DNA of 64,000 bases from Acidobacteriota bacterium (GCA_963663035.1 OY760074.1:3072001-3136000), one strand, 5' to 3'. Shown: positions 42,036-52,700, counted from the stretch's first letter. The notes: generated by a model from the letters alone, not told the origin. Numbers and translations are program-made.

Positions 42036-42284
42036 GCGGGTGTCCGGGAAGGCCAAGCTCTTCGTTCTCCGCGCCCTTCGATCCTCGACGTAGCATAGTA
42101 CTCACTTTGATAAATACGATAGCGTTTGTTGGGAGCGCGACGGAGCCCAGGTCGAGGCGCGACGACGAGTCGATGTCAGGGACACCGGCGAGGAGAAGCA
42201 ACAAAGAAATGGGCCCGTCCCGTCCCCACCCTTCGGGCGGATGGGGCTTGTGCGGCCTTGATCTTGACCTTCCTGAACACCCGC
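42036..42284. mobile_element. MITE-like element (family B) with nested inverted repeat
   Basis: TIRs GCGGGTGTCCGGGAAGGCCAAG / CTTGACCTTCCTGAACACCCGC (19/22); internal IR at about 42131-42149 and 42210-42227. Confidence 0.7.
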
Positions 42285-42323
42285 CACCGAAATGAAAAAG
42301 CTTCTGGTCTCTTCCGGGTGCGA

Positions 42324-42339
42324 TGTTTCACGTGAAACG
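42324..42339. promoter_or_regulatory. parS centromere-like site
   Basis: TGTTTCACGTGAAACG, 15/16 to the TGTTTCACGTGAAACA consensus, directly upstream of parA. Confidence 0.9.
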
Positions 42340-42367
42340 TCGGCGGCGCATGCTATCTTACGCCCCG

Positions 42368-43189
42368 ATGGCCTTTTCGCGAACAATCGCAATCGCTAAC
42401 CAGAAGGGTGGTGTCGGAAAGACCACTACGGCTATTAATCTTGGGGCCTCTCTGGCTGCAGCGGATCTGCGTGTCCTGATTGTCGACCTGGATCCGCAGG
42501 GAAATTGCACCTCCGGCCTGGGAATGGACAAAAACAGTCTTCAGACCTCAGCCTACCATGTCCTGACGGAGGGCGCCGACCCGCTCTCGGCAATTTGCAG
42601 TACTGACCTGGACTCTCTTGATCTTCTGCCGGCAAATCGAGAGCTCACCGGGGCAACCCTCGAGCTGCTAGAGGTCAAAAGGCGAGAGTTTCGCCTGGAT
42701 CTGGCCCTGGAACCCCTGCGCGAGCGCTACGATTTCATCCTCATCGATTGTCCGCCCACTCTGGGGATTCTCACCGTGAATGCCCTGGTCGCAGCTGACT
42801 CACTGCTCATCCCGATCCAGTGTGAGTACTTTGCCTTGGAAGGACTTTCCGATCTCATGGACACCCTGGGCCGGGTTCAGCAGAGCCTGAATCCGAAACT
42901 GCGCATCGAAGGTGTGCTGCTCACAATGTACGATGAGCGACTCAACCTCTCCGCTCAAATCCGCCAAAGCGTACGCGGCCATCTGGGAGACCAGGTTTTT
43001 CGGATTATCATTCCTCGCAATGTCCGCCTGGCGGAATCTCCCAGCTTCGGCAAACCGATCTTGCTGTACGCTGTACGCTCCAAGGGAGCGGACAGTTACC
43101 TGCAGCTGGCACGAGAGATCCTCGCAAAGATGGCATCCCTCGAGGGAAAGGTTCCCTATCCAACCCATTCCATCGGAGTCACCTCATGA
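42368..43189 (+). CDS. parA: Chromosome partitioning ATPase
   Basis: NQKGGVGKTTT, DLDPQGN, IDCPP, QCEYFALEG, PRNVRLAESPS. Confidence 0.97.
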   Translation: MAFSRTIAIANQKGGVGKTTTAINLGASLAAADLRVLIVDLDPQGNCTSGLGMDKNSLQTSAYHVLTEGADPLSAICSTDLDSLDLLPANRELTGATLELLEVKRREFRLDLALEPLRERYDFILIDCPPTLGILTVNALVAADSLLIPIQCEYFALEGLSDLMDTLGRVQQSLNPKLRIEGVLLTMYDERLNLSAQIRQSVRGHLGDQVFRIIIPRNVRLAESPSFGKPILLYAVRSKGADSYLQLAREILAKMASLEGKVPYPTHSIGVTS

Positions 43190-44025
43190 AACGCCAAGCA
43201 CTTGGAAAAGGTCTCGATGTCCTCCTCCCTCCAACCCCGGTGAGCAGCACGGCGCTGATTGAGCTGGACCTGGACCGGATCCAACCCAATCCCCTTCAAC
43301 CCCGCCTGAGGTTCGAGCCGGGAAAACTCGAAAAGCTGGCGACTTCCATCAAAGAAAACGGAGTCTTACAACCGATCGTGGTTCGCAAGAGTGGTGGGGG
43401 TTACGAGATTGTGGTGGGAGAACGCCGCTGGCGAGCCGCTCAAAAAATCGGCCTGGACCGCATTCCAGCCATCGTGCAACACGTATCGGATGAAAAGATG
43501 CTAGAGCTGGCCCTGGTCGAGAACATCCAGCGTGACGAGCTCAGCCCCATAGAGGAAGGACAAGCCTACCAACTCCTGGCAGAGCAGTTTGCTCTCACCC
43601 ACGACGAAATTGCCAGCCGTGTCGGTCGCAGTCGCACAGCTGTCACCAACAGCTTGCGCTTACTGCGTCTCCCCAGCTCCATCCAAGAGGCGGTGATGAA
43701 TGACGAGCTCTCCATGGGCCACGCTCGAGCCCTCATCCCCCTTCCCACAAAGGAGCAACTCCTCTTGGCCCAGCAAATCGTCACTCGCGGACTTTCGGTG
43801 CGACAAGCGGAGCGCCGAGCGCAGCGATACCTGAGCCCTCCCCAATCCCGTACTCCCATCAAGGACGTCAACATCCGTGCGGCCGAACAGAAACTCGAAG
43901 AGCGCTGGAAAACCCGCGTGGAAATTCGCTGCCGTGGCCAGCGCGGCCAGGTTGTCCTCCACTTTCACTCCCCGGACGACCTGGAACGACTCTACCAGGA
44001 CCTCTGGTCCTGCCAGCCAGGATGA
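43186..44025 (+). CDS. parB: Chromosome partitioning protein
   Basis: LGKGL, GERRWRAA, ALVENIQR, HTH, GHARAL. Confidence 0.97.
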   Translation: MKRQALGKGLDVLLPPTPVSSTALIELDLDRIQPNPLQPRLRFEPGKLEKLATSIKENGVLQPIVVRKSGGGYEIVVGERRWRAAQKIGLDRIPAIVQHVSDEKMLELALVENIQRDELSPIEEGQAYQLLAEQFALTHDEIASRVGRSRTAVTNSLRLLRLPSSIQEAVMNDELSMGHARALIPLPTKEQLLLAQQIVTRGLSVRQAERRAQRYLSPPQSRTPIKDVNIRAAEQKLEERWKTRVEIRCRGQRGQVVLHFHSPDDLERLYQDLWSCQPG

Positions 44026-44034
44026 ATGTAGGGA

Positions 44035-45411
44035 TCACTTGCCAATGCAAAAGGTGGAGAAGATCTCCTCGAGGATTTCTTCGGCCGTAGTTTCCCCAGT
44101 GATTTGTCCCAGTGATTCCAGGGCCTTCCGGAAATCATAGAGAGGAAATTCTTCGCTCATTCCCCGGCCATAAGATTCGATGCCCGCCTGCAGGGATTTG
44201 CGGGCGGCCTCAATACAGAGCTTGTGTCGAATGTTCGTGATCATGACCCCTTCCTGTTCGATTCTGTGTTCCCGAGTTACGGCGCTCAAAAGGGAGCTCT
44301 TGAGTTCATGAAGATGGGTTCCCTTCAGCGCAGAGACTCGAACGGCGGCCACACAGGCTGCTTCCACCTCCGGGGGAATCTGCAGGCAGCCAGCCAGGTC
44401 CTCCTTGTTGATCACCAAAACACAGCGGTGCTCCCGGATCAGCTCCCAAACTCGGAAGTCCTCCTCGCCAAAGGGGGTCGTCTGATCCAGCACAAACAGG
44501 ACTACCTCGGCTTGACGCAGGTACTCCAACGACTTCTGGACTCCCAACTTTTCCAGGGCATCTTTGACCTCCCGGATACCGGCCGTGTCCACCAGGCGGA
44601 CCGGGATTCCTTCCAGATCAATGGTCTCCGTCACGGCATCGCGCGTGGTACCGGGGACATCTGTTACAATCACCCTGTCATCTAGCACTAAAGCATTGAA
44701 AAGACTTGACTTGCCTGCATTTGGCTTGCCTGTGATGGAGACCGTAATTCCCTCCTGGACAAGTCTTCCTAAGGAGAAGCTTTCTTCCAGCTGCTCCAGT
44801 TGCCGATCGGCTATTTGCAACCCTTCCAGGAGCTCCCCGCGTCCCTGCAACTCGACCTCATCCTCGACAAACTCCAGCGCTGTCTCCATCTGACACAAAA
44901 TCCGCACAATTTCAGCCTTGATGGGCTTGAGGGCTTGAGAAACCTTTCCCTCCAATTGCTCAGCCGCGACCTTGGCCTGAAACGCCGTTTGGCTTTCTAT
45001 CAAGCCTCGAACCGCTTCGGCTTGAGCCAAGTCCATCTTGCCATTCAGAAACGCTCGCCAGGTGAATTCTCCCGGCTCAGCCAGGAGAGCGCCCAATTCC
45101 ACCAAGCCCTCAACCACCTGCTGAGCTACCACTGGGCTACCGTGACACGAGATCTCGACCAGGTCCTCTCCAGTATAAGAGGCGGGGCCAGGGAAAAAGG
45201 TGAGCAAGACTTGATCCAGTGGGTTTCCGTGGCAATCCAGGAAGCGGCCCAGGAGGGGCCTTCTGGCAATCCAATCTGTCTGGCCGGCGGCGCGAAACCG
45301 CTGGCAGGCAAATTCCCTGGCTTGCAAGCCACTCAGGCGCACAAGCGTTATGGCGCCTTGGCCAGGAGGGGTCGCAATGGCGACAATCGTTTTGTCTCCA
45401 CTGAATGTCAC
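44035..45411 (-). CDS. mnmE: tRNA modification GTPase
   Basis: GKPNAGKSS, PGTTRD, DTAGIR, C-terminal FCIGK. Confidence 0.97.
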   Translation of the reverse strand: MTFSGDKTIVAIATPPGQGAITLVRLSGLQAREFACQRFRAAGQTDWIARRPLLGRFLDCHGNPLDQVLLTFFPGPASYTGEDLVEISCHGSPVVAQQVVEGLVELGALLAEPGEFTWRAFLNGKMDLAQAEAVRGLIESQTAFQAKVAAEQLEGKVSQALKPIKAEIVRILCQMETALEFVEDEVELQGRGELLEGLQIADRQLEQLEESFSLGRLVQEGITVSITGKPNAGKSSLFNALVLDDRVIVTDVPGTTRDAVTETIDLEGIPVRLVDTAGIREVKDALEKLGVQKSLEYLRQAEVVLFVLDQTTPFGEEDFRVWELIREHRCVLVINKEDLAGCLQIPPEVEAACVAAVRVSALKGTHLHELKSSLLSAVTREHRIEQEGVMITNIRHKLCIEAARKSLQAGIESYGRGMSEEFPLYDFRKALESLGQITGETTAEEILEEIFSTFCIGK

Positions 45412-45424
45412 GGCAACAAAACAG

Positions 45425-45892
45425 CTAGCTGGCTGGAAAGATCACAACGCGGCGTTGAATGCCGGTGTCTTCGCTCTCGGTCCTGACACCTGGCTCCTCG
45501 GCTAATGCCAGATGGATGACACGGCGCTCACTGGCAGGCATGGGGTCCAGTGGGAGAAGATCGCCCGAAACCTTGACTCTTTCCGCTATCGTGCCAGCCA
45601 GCTCTTCAAGCTCCGCTTCTCGGGTCGCTCGATATTCATTGCACTCGACCACGAAATTGCACTGTTGCGGTGATCTCTCATAGAAGGCACGGTTGAGCAG
45701 ATGGTTGATCGCATATAACAGGCGCCCATTATTGCTCACCACCATAGAGGCATCGTTGCCAGAGAGCCAAACCGTGACCACCTGCCCGTCTGGCTGGCAG
45801 TCAAACTCCAGATCAAGGCCAGTCCCCTTGAGTAAGCCATCCAGAAACTGGCCCACTTCTTTCGTCAACTTCTCTTTGTCCAAGTCCATCAT
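45425..45892 (-). CDS. jag: Jag/KhpB (KH + R3H) RNA-binding protein, short form
   Basis: PMPASERRVIH R3H motif; position after yidC; ATG at 45892. Confidence 0.85.
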   Translation of the reverse strand: MMDLDKEKLTKEVGQFLDGLLKGTGLDLEFDCQPDGQVVTVWLSGNDASMVVSNNGRLLYAINHLLNRAFYERSPQQCNFVVECNEYRATREAELEELAGTIAERVKVSGDLLPLDPMPASERRVIHLALAEEPGVRTESEDTGIQRRVVIFPAS

Positions 45893-47541
45893 TTTTTCTT
45901 GGTGGATTTCTTGGCGGGGACCTCTTGCGCAAGGTCTTGCCACCTTTGGAACGAAAACTGAAACATCATACCAAAGAGATTGCTGAACAGAAAATAGAGG
46001 ACCAGGCCGCTGGAAAAACTCAGGAAGAAAAAGGTAAAGACGACGGGAAGCATCATCATCATCTTGCGTTGGGTGGGGTCGCCAGCTGCTGGAGTCATCT
46101 TCTGCTGAACAACCATGCTTATTCCCATTAAAATCGGAGTTACATAGTAGGGGTCGTGCTGGGAGAGATCCTGGATCCAACCGATGAAGGGAGCGCCCCG
46201 CAACTCGATAGAAGAGTACAACATTCTATAGAAAGCAAAGAGAAAGGGCATCTGAATCACCAGCGGCAGGCAGCCCCCCAAAGGGTTGACCCCGTGTGTT
46301 TTGTAAAGGGCCATCACTTCTTCATTCATCTTTTGCTTGCGCGGATCGGTGCTCTTCATCCTCTTGTACCTGTCCTGAATGGACTTCATTTGAGGTTGGA
46401 GCTCCGACATTTTCTTCATGGAGGCCATCTGCTTGTAGCGCACCGGGAAAAGCACCAGATTAATGCCGAACGTCAGGAGAATGATCGCGAAGCCGTAGTT
46501 GTGAAGGTACTGGTAGATAAAATTCAAGCTAAACAACAGCGGTCGAACCAGGAAGGCAAACCAACCATAGTCAATCAGCTGGCCAAGTGTGGGGTCTACG
46601 GCTTCCAGGACCGGGTAGGCTTTTGGGCTCAGGAGGGCGCTGTAGAGTGCCCCCTCTTCCATCTCCACCTCGGCCAGCAATAAGGGGCCGTCTATCTCCT
46701 CGCCGTCAGGCGCTCCCGGCGCTTCACTCCGTAGAATTCTCCCTCCCAGGATGCCTCCAGGATTGAGAAGGAGATAGGTGAAAAACTTGCTGTCCAGCGC
46801 CACCCAGCGGGTGCCCGTGTTAAACCGTATCGGTTCCTCTTCTACATCGTCCACGCTGTGGCGCTCTACCGCTCCATCCAGAAAATATGCGGCTTGAGGC
46901 AGCGCGAAGTCCCCCTGGCCGCTGGAGGCGCCTTCGCCGATTCCGGGTCCTAAAAGGACAGAAAAGGGAATAGAGCGCCCTTGTGCGCGGACCTCTGTTT
47001 CCATCTCCACCAGATAGCCCGTCTCAGGGAGGCGGATTTTCCGATTCACTTCGATCACAGAATCCTGGTAATGCAGCGTGATCTCAGCAGGAGCCCGTAC
47101 CCTGGTCCCGCTAACCCCGCCCACTTCATATACGGCCTCTTTCAACCGCTGGTCCAGTCCTGAATCCCCCACCCGGATCCCAAACGTCTGTCTTTGGGAC
47201 TCAGGTAATTGTTGAGGAATCAGTTCCAGGGGATTCCCTTCAGCTGCGCGGTAGTTTTTGAGTAGAGCGCTCAGCAAAACTCCACCGCCATTACTCCAGC
47301 GCAGCAGAAGGTCCTCATTCTCTATCTCGAAGAGCTGGTGGGCCACGCGAGTAGGCTCTACCTCCGCTGCTTCAGGCAGCGGCAACTCCTGGCCGCTATC
47401 TGATGGGCCCGGCTCCTCGATTTCAATGGCTTGCTCTGCTGGGGGTGGTTGGGGTGGTTGGGGTGGTTGGCGATACAAAAACAGAAACAGCACCGCCATA
47501 GATAAAACCATGGCCAGCAGGAGCCGCTTTTCCATATCCAT
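45889..47541 (-). CDS. yidC: Membrane protein insertase
   Basis: MEKRLL, IDYGWF, NPLGGCLP, QMPFLFAFY, GLVLY; start 47541/47535/47565. Confidence 0.96.
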   Translation of the reverse strand: MDMEKRLLLAMVLSMAVLFLFLYRQPPQPPQPPPAEQAIEIEEPGPSDSGQELPLPEAAEVEPTRVAHQLFEIENEDLLLRWSNGGGVLLSALLKNYRAAEGNPLELIPQQLPESQRQTFGIRVGDSGLDQRLKEAVYEVGGVSGTRVRAPAEITLHYQDSVIEVNRKIRLPETGYLVEMETEVRAQGRSIPFSVLLGPGIGEGASSGQGDFALPQAAYFLDGAVERHSVDDVEEEPIRFNTGTRWVALDSKFFTYLLLNPGGILGGRILRSEAPGAPDGEEIDGPLLLAEVEMEEGALYSALLSPKAYPVLEAVDPTLGQLIDYGWFAFLVRPLLFSLNFIYQYLHNYGFAIILLTFGINLVLFPVRYKQMASMKKMSELQPQMKSIQDRYKRMKSTDPRKQKMNEEVMALYKTHGVNPLGGCLPLVIQMPFLFAFYRMLYSSIELRGAPFIGWIQDLSQHDPYYVTPILMGISMVVQQKMTPAAGDPTQRKMMMMLPVVFTFFFLSFSSGLVLYFLFSNLFGMMFQFSFQRWQDLAQEVPAKKSTKKK

Positions 47542-47581
47542 TTCGGGAAGATCTTGGATGGCCATGAGGTTGCGCTCGCTC

Positions 47582-47791
47582 TCAGGGAACCGGGTCGAAT
47601 CCCCCCGGATTCCAGGGATGGCAGCGAAGTATTCTCTTTACTCCGAGATAGGTGCCTTGCCAGCTTCCCAACTTGTGGATTGCCTGATACATGTATTCAG
47701 AACAGGAAGGGGTGAATCGACAGGCACGCGGCAGAATGGGTGCAATGCCCCTCTGGTAGATCCTGATTAGCCCCAATGCCAGAATTTTCAC
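47582..47791 (-). CDS. yidD: Membrane protein insertion efficiency factor
   Basis: [24 protein letters not shown]. Confidence 0.93.
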   Translation of the reverse strand: MKILALGLIRIYQRGIAPILPRACRFTPSCSEYMYQAIHKLGSWQGTYLGVKRILRCHPWNPGGFDPVP

Positions 47792-47816
47792 TAACCTTGC
47801 TTCTCCTCCTGAGGCT

Positions 47817-48173
47817 CTATCCTTTGCGCCTCCAGCGCCCAATCGCTTTTAGAAAATCTTCTTGGATTTGCTGAGTGTAAACGTTAGCAGCGGCCCGTTT
47901 TGCGTTTACTACCAAATCGCAGTGGGGGGTGATGGCTTGCTTGTTCGCTCTGAAGATTTCGCGCAGGTGGCGCTTGATTCGATTTCGGACTACTGCTCTG
48001 CCAATCTTTCGGGAAACCGTAATCCCCAGCCGGTTATAGGGCAACCTGTTCTCCAATAAATAGAAAACAAAATAGGTTGCCTGAACCTTATCGCCCCGTT
48101 TATAAACACCCAGGAATTCCCTCCTTTTTCGAAGGCGTTCCTCTTTGGGAAATCCACACCCGGATTCACCCAC
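47817..48173 (-). CDS. rnpA: Ribonuclease P protein component
   Basis: [21 protein letters not shown]. Confidence 0.95.
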   Translation of the reverse strand: MGESGCGFPKEERLRKRREFLGVYKRGDKVQATYFVFYLLENRLPYNRLGITVSRKIGRAVVRNRIKRHLREIFRANKQAITPHCDLVVNAKRAAANVYTQQIQEDFLKAIGRWRRKG

Positions 48174-48306
48174 TCACCGTCAACCTCTTTCGCCCTTTCG
48201 CGCGCCTCCTTCTTAACACGACTCGGCCTGCGTGCTGCCGCATTCGCTCACGAAATCCGTGTTTCTTGCGGCGACGTCTGTTCCTCGGTTGAAATGTCCG
48301 TTTCAT
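48166..48306 (-). CDS. rpmH: 50S ribosomal protein L34
   Basis: [22 protein letters not shown]...[10 protein letters not shown]. Confidence 0.97.
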   Translation of the reverse strand: MKRTFQPRNRRRRKKHGFRERMRQHAGRVVLRRRRAKGRKRLTVSG

Positions 48307-48337
48307 GACCTCAATTTTCCTCTTGCAGGGAGCGGTG

Positions 48338-48366
48338 ATGGTACCAACTTTGCCCCCCCGGTTCAA
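48338..48366 (-). promoter_or_regulatory. Putative sigma70 promoter of the rpmH operon
   Basis: TTGAAC - 17 nt - TACCAT on the minus strand. Confidence 0.6.
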
Positions 48367-48381
48367 CTCCGATCTCGCTCA

Positions 48382-49230
48382 CTACATACCCTTTCGTTGC
48401 TGACTACTGTCGCGCGGATAACACCCAAGAACTTCCAGGAACTCGGTGAGTTCCTGTAAATGGGCCAGTGCCTTTCTGATGTTATCCTCTTTGGTATTAC
48501 CTAAAAAGTCTAGATAAAAGAGGTACTCCCAGGGGCGCCCCCGGATGGGCCGAGACTCAATCTTGGTCAGATCAATGTCGCGCAAGGCAAAAACGCTCAT
48601 GCACTTAAAAAGGGCTCCAGGGGTGTTCCTGAAGCTGAAAGCAACCGAGGTTTTATCTGTTTTTTTCCCTGCTTTAACTTCTGACGAGAGAAGGAAAAAG
48701 CGGGTGAAGTTTTCCTTGTCGTCTTGGATATCAGTCATCACAACTTCGCCGCCATAGTATTCAGCGGCTTGTTTTCCGGCAATGGCCGCACAGTCCCGCA
48801 AGTTCTGTTCCACAATTCGCTTAACACTCCCCGACGTATCATAGGCGCTACGCTTAATAAGGTTGGGAAACTGCTCAAAGAAGGTATCGCATTGATCAAG
48901 TGCTACCGGATGAGAAAGCACCGTGGTGACTTCCTCAAAAGTCGTGCCGGCCATAACAATCAGGTTGTGGTTGATTTGGAGATTAATCTCCTTGGCAATC
49001 CTGAGATGGTGCCGTAGTAGCAAGTCGTAGTTTTTGTGAATAGACCCGGCGAGAGAGTTTTCGATGGGGATTAAACAATACTGTGTTTCCTGGTTTGCGG
49101 TCAGTTGGAAGACATCTTCAAAGCGCTCACAACAGCGAAGTTCTGCGTTCTTTCCGAGAAGCCGCATTGCCGCCTCCTCGCTATAGGACCCCCGCTCCCC
49201 TTGGATTGCTACAACCGTCTTTTCCGTCAT
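48382..49230 (-). CDS. pheA: Prephenate dehydratase
   Basis: QGERGSYSE, PIENS, SHPVALDQC, NFTRF, LTKIESRP ACT domain. Confidence 0.94.
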   Translation of the reverse strand: MTEKTVVAIQGERGSYSEEAAMRLLGKNAELRCCERFEDVFQLTANQETQYCLIPIENSLAGSIHKNYDLLLRHHLRIAKEINLQINHNLIVMAGTTFEEVTTVLSHPVALDQCDTFFEQFPNLIKRSAYDTSGSVKRIVEQNLRDCAAIAGKQAAEYYGGEVVMTDIQDDKENFTRFFLLSSEVKAGKKTDKTSVAFSFRNTPGALFKCMSVFALRDIDLTKIESRPIRGRPWEYLFYLDFLGNTKEDNIRKALAHLQELTEFLEVLGCYPRDSSQQRKGM

Positions 49231-49239
49231 CCCCTTACT

Positions 49240-49511
49240 CTACCCCGCCCTCCACAGATCCTTCGACAACCCAAACCATTCTATCCTCTTTCCTTATCAA
49301 ACCCTTACACACTTCTCATTGGACAAGCCTTGTGGATCCCCTAAATCCTTCCTCGCCTTTTTCCTTTTCCCTGAAGGCTGTGCAATACCTACTCTTTATC
49401 CACAGCACCACCAACAAGCACGATGCTTTACTCTACATTGCTTTGCTGGGTTTTCAACAGAATCCACAGCACCTAATACGACTACTAAGATTAAACTAAA
49501 TTTATTTACTA
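49240..49511. other. Candidate chromosomal origin oriC
   Basis: Perfect DnaA box TTATCCACA (49396); degenerate boxes at 49331, 49451, 49460; then GCACC, seven DnaA-trio-like triplets (49474-49494) and an AT-rich tract; near parS/parAB/rpmH. Confidence 0.8.
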
Positions 49512-49528
49512 GGAGTTACCAATGGAAC

Positions 49529-49627
49529 TGGCGGAGGCACATGGGAATCGAACCCACCAACCCCAATTCTCATTGCGGCTCGGCTGGTTTTGAAGACCAG
49601 GCCCATCACCAGACAGGAAGTACCTCC
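49529..49627 (-). tRNA. selC: tRNA-Sec (UCA)
   Basis: 8-bp acceptor GGAGGTAC/GTGCCTCC, anticodon loop CT-TCA-AA, long variable arm, GGTTCGATTCC, encoded CCA. Confidence 0.95.
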
Positions 49628-49767
49628 CGGGTTGGAGTATACCACTCCCGAGACGCTTTTCTTCTGGCCCGATGATACCCCTCCTCGCTATACTTCCTTG
49701 GAACTGCAGTGAACAACACAAAGGGAGTAAACTCTACGTTCAGACTACCCAAAAGTTTGTAGAAAGC

Positions 49768-52700
49768 ATGAATAGAATAACAGAGGCTTTGGAGCAAAAA
49801 GTAATCTTTATCACCGGGGCTACTGGGTTTTTAGGTCAACCGCTGGTGGAGAAGATCCTGAGAGTTGCACCCGGTGTTAAGCGAATCTATCTTCTCATTC
49901 GGCCCAAGCGGCAACTTGCTGGTCAGGTCATGACGGCCGAGGAGAGGTTAGCGAAGGAATTATTCCAATCCAACATTTTTGAACGCCTGCGCTATAAGTA
50001 CCAGGACCAACTCAAAGGGTTTCTCCAAGAAAAGTTAGTTGCGGTTTCAGGGGATATTTCCGAACCTGGGTTAGGGTTGGACAGCGCCCTCAGGAGTCGA
50101 CTCGAAGAGGAGGTTGATATTGTCATCAACAGCGCTGCAGCGGTCTCATTCGATGCGCCATTGGATGAAGCTCTTAAAGCCAACGTTTTGAGCGCTGGCC
50201 GCATTGCCACCTTTACAAGTTCTTGTAAGGGAGCAATGTTGGTTCACGTCTCTACTGCCTATGTCAGCGGTGTTGCCGAAAACTTCGTCCCTGAGACGAT
50301 TTACCACTCAGCTTCGGGAGCAGAAGCAGCACAACCACACCCACCAGGGAAGTTCAGTGATGTGGATCAGGAAATTAAATATATCCATAAAATGATTGAA
50401 CAGGTTAAATTAGCCTCTCACGAGCCGAAACTCAAAAAAGTGCTTCTGAAAGAACCCCGCAAGCCTCGAAGAGGCGGTAAACGAGTGCCTCGTGCAGAGA
50501 AATGGGAAATCCTGCGCAAGAAATGGGTACAGGGCCGTTTGACCGAAGAGGGCATGAAGTGGGCGCGCCACCGAGGATGGAACGATACATACACCTACAC
50601 CAAGGCCATGGGCGAGCAGATGGTGGTTAAGAGACGGAATGGAATCCCTACCGTCATCATTCGCCCCTCAGTTATTGAGAGCAGCTTCTCAGAGCCCACT
50701 CCTGGCTGGCTGGACGGATTACGAATGGCCGACCCTCTCATTGTGGCAATTGGGAAGGGCCGCCTCCGGTCGCTACCCCTTGACGCGGATGTCATCCTTG
50801 ACCTAGTGCCGGTTGATATGGTCGTGAATGCCCTGCTGGCCACGATTCCGCCGGCCATTGAAGGTGGCGGGATGAAGGTGTATCACGTCGCGACGGGCGC
50901 AAAAAACCCGGTTACACTAGGTGAGCTCCACAGGCTTGTCTACCAGTATTTTCAAAAAAACCCACTATTGGACAAACGGGGCAACCCAATCCGCATCAAA
51001 CCACTAAAGTTTCCCAAACAGAGCGCTTTCCGGCTACAGCACAAGTTGAAAACGATGCCCTTACAGACAGCTGAGCTCACACTAGCAAGGCTGCCTTCTT
51101 TCAACACAACAGACAAAGTGAAGCGGAAGATCTCTACCGCTAAGGCTACCTACGAGAAGCTGTACTACTATGGAGAGATCTACCGGCCCTATCTTAATTT
51201 GGCCTGCAGCTTCGAAGTGCAAAACACGCTGCAGCTGTTCGATGCCTTAAATGAAGAGGAAAAAGAGCTTCTCAACTTCAATATTGAACGCTTAAACTGG
51301 CGCCACTACATTCAAAACGTTCACATTCCGGGTGTAAAAAAACACGTACTTAAGCTGGATGACTCCCCAACCCCGCTGGACGCAACCACTTCCTCCGATG
51401 CACTGACAATCAATGCGCTTGTTGACAACACTACAGAGAGATTTCCAAACAAGACCGCGATTCAAATGAAGCGCCAAGGTCACTGGCAGCGATTTACCTA
51501 TAAAGAGCTTCAATCCATCTCTCAGGAGATCGGGCAAGCTTTTTTAGGGATGGGACTTCGAAAAGGGGACCGCGTTGTCCTCTATTCGGAGAACAAGCCA
51601 GAGTGGGGAATCGCTTATCTGGGAGCAACCTCAGTGGGTTTGGTGGTTGTACCGCTGGATGCCCAGACGTGGCACAAAGAAGTCTGGGCGGCCGCACGGT
51701 TTACCCAGGCACGGGCATTGTTGGCATCCGAGGACTGCCTTGAGAGGCTTGCCCCGGAAGGCTTAGAAGAAAACGAGCGTCAGGATTCCCCGGTTCAATT
51801 ATTGAACCTTGATAATCGATGCACACCTTTTAAAGCGAAGGAATTTCCACGCAGCACTCGATTGTCTTCCCAGAAGAGGGAGGTTACGGAAAAGATCGAA
51901 GTGAAGCCTGGCGATCCGGCTTCGATCATCTTCACAAACAGCACCGCGGTAGACCCAAAAGGAGTGGCGCACAGCCATCGCAACTTCATCAACAACTTCC
52001 TGGGGGTCAATCACCACTTACCAATCGAACCAAGCGACCAGCTACTTTCCGTTCTTCCCCTGTCCCACGCCCTTGAATTCACTTGTGGATTCCTGATGGC
52101 GATCTATGGTGGAGCCACAGTGACCTACGTCGATTCACTCAAGCCGAAGGTCATTCTTGAATCGATGCAAAAGACGGGAACAACTTGCATGCTGGGAGTC
52201 CCTACTCTGTATGCTTTGATTCGAGATGATATAGAGCGGCGCATTCTGAGAACTCCTAAATCAGCTTTTAAATCAAACCTTCTCGCCACCTCGAAACAGG
52301 TGAGCCTGTCGGTGGAGCGGAAATTCGGAAAGAACATTGGCCGCCAACTTTTCGGCCGCGTGCACCAGGAATTTGGGGGGCAGATCAGACTTTTCGTGAG
52401 CGGTGGGTCTGCGTTGGGGGAAAAGCTCTACCAAGACTTCAAGGTGCTTGGAATGCCGATTTACGAGGGTTATGGCTTAACCGAAACGGCCCCCGTTCTC
52501 ACCGTCAACCCTTTAGGGCACAGCAGGAAAGGATCCGCGGGAAAGCCTCTTCCCGGTGTGGAACTCAGAGTCTTTCGTCCGGATAAGGAGGGAATTGGCG
52601 AGATTGTAGCGCGGAGTCCCAGCTTAATGGAGGGTTACTACAACAATCCTGCAGCCACGGAGTTCGTGATGAGAGAGGGCTGGTTTCATACCGGCGACCT

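Noticed and set aside
45893-46180. Long N-terminus of the jag ORF
   Set aside because: Overlaps yidC in another frame; ATG at the yidC stop is the better start
47437-47472. GGGGTGGTT tandem repeat
   Set aside because: Encodes the QPP linker of YidC
49319-49675. 118-aa ORF over the origin region
   Set aside because: Overlaps DnaA boxes and tRNA-Sec; no protein features
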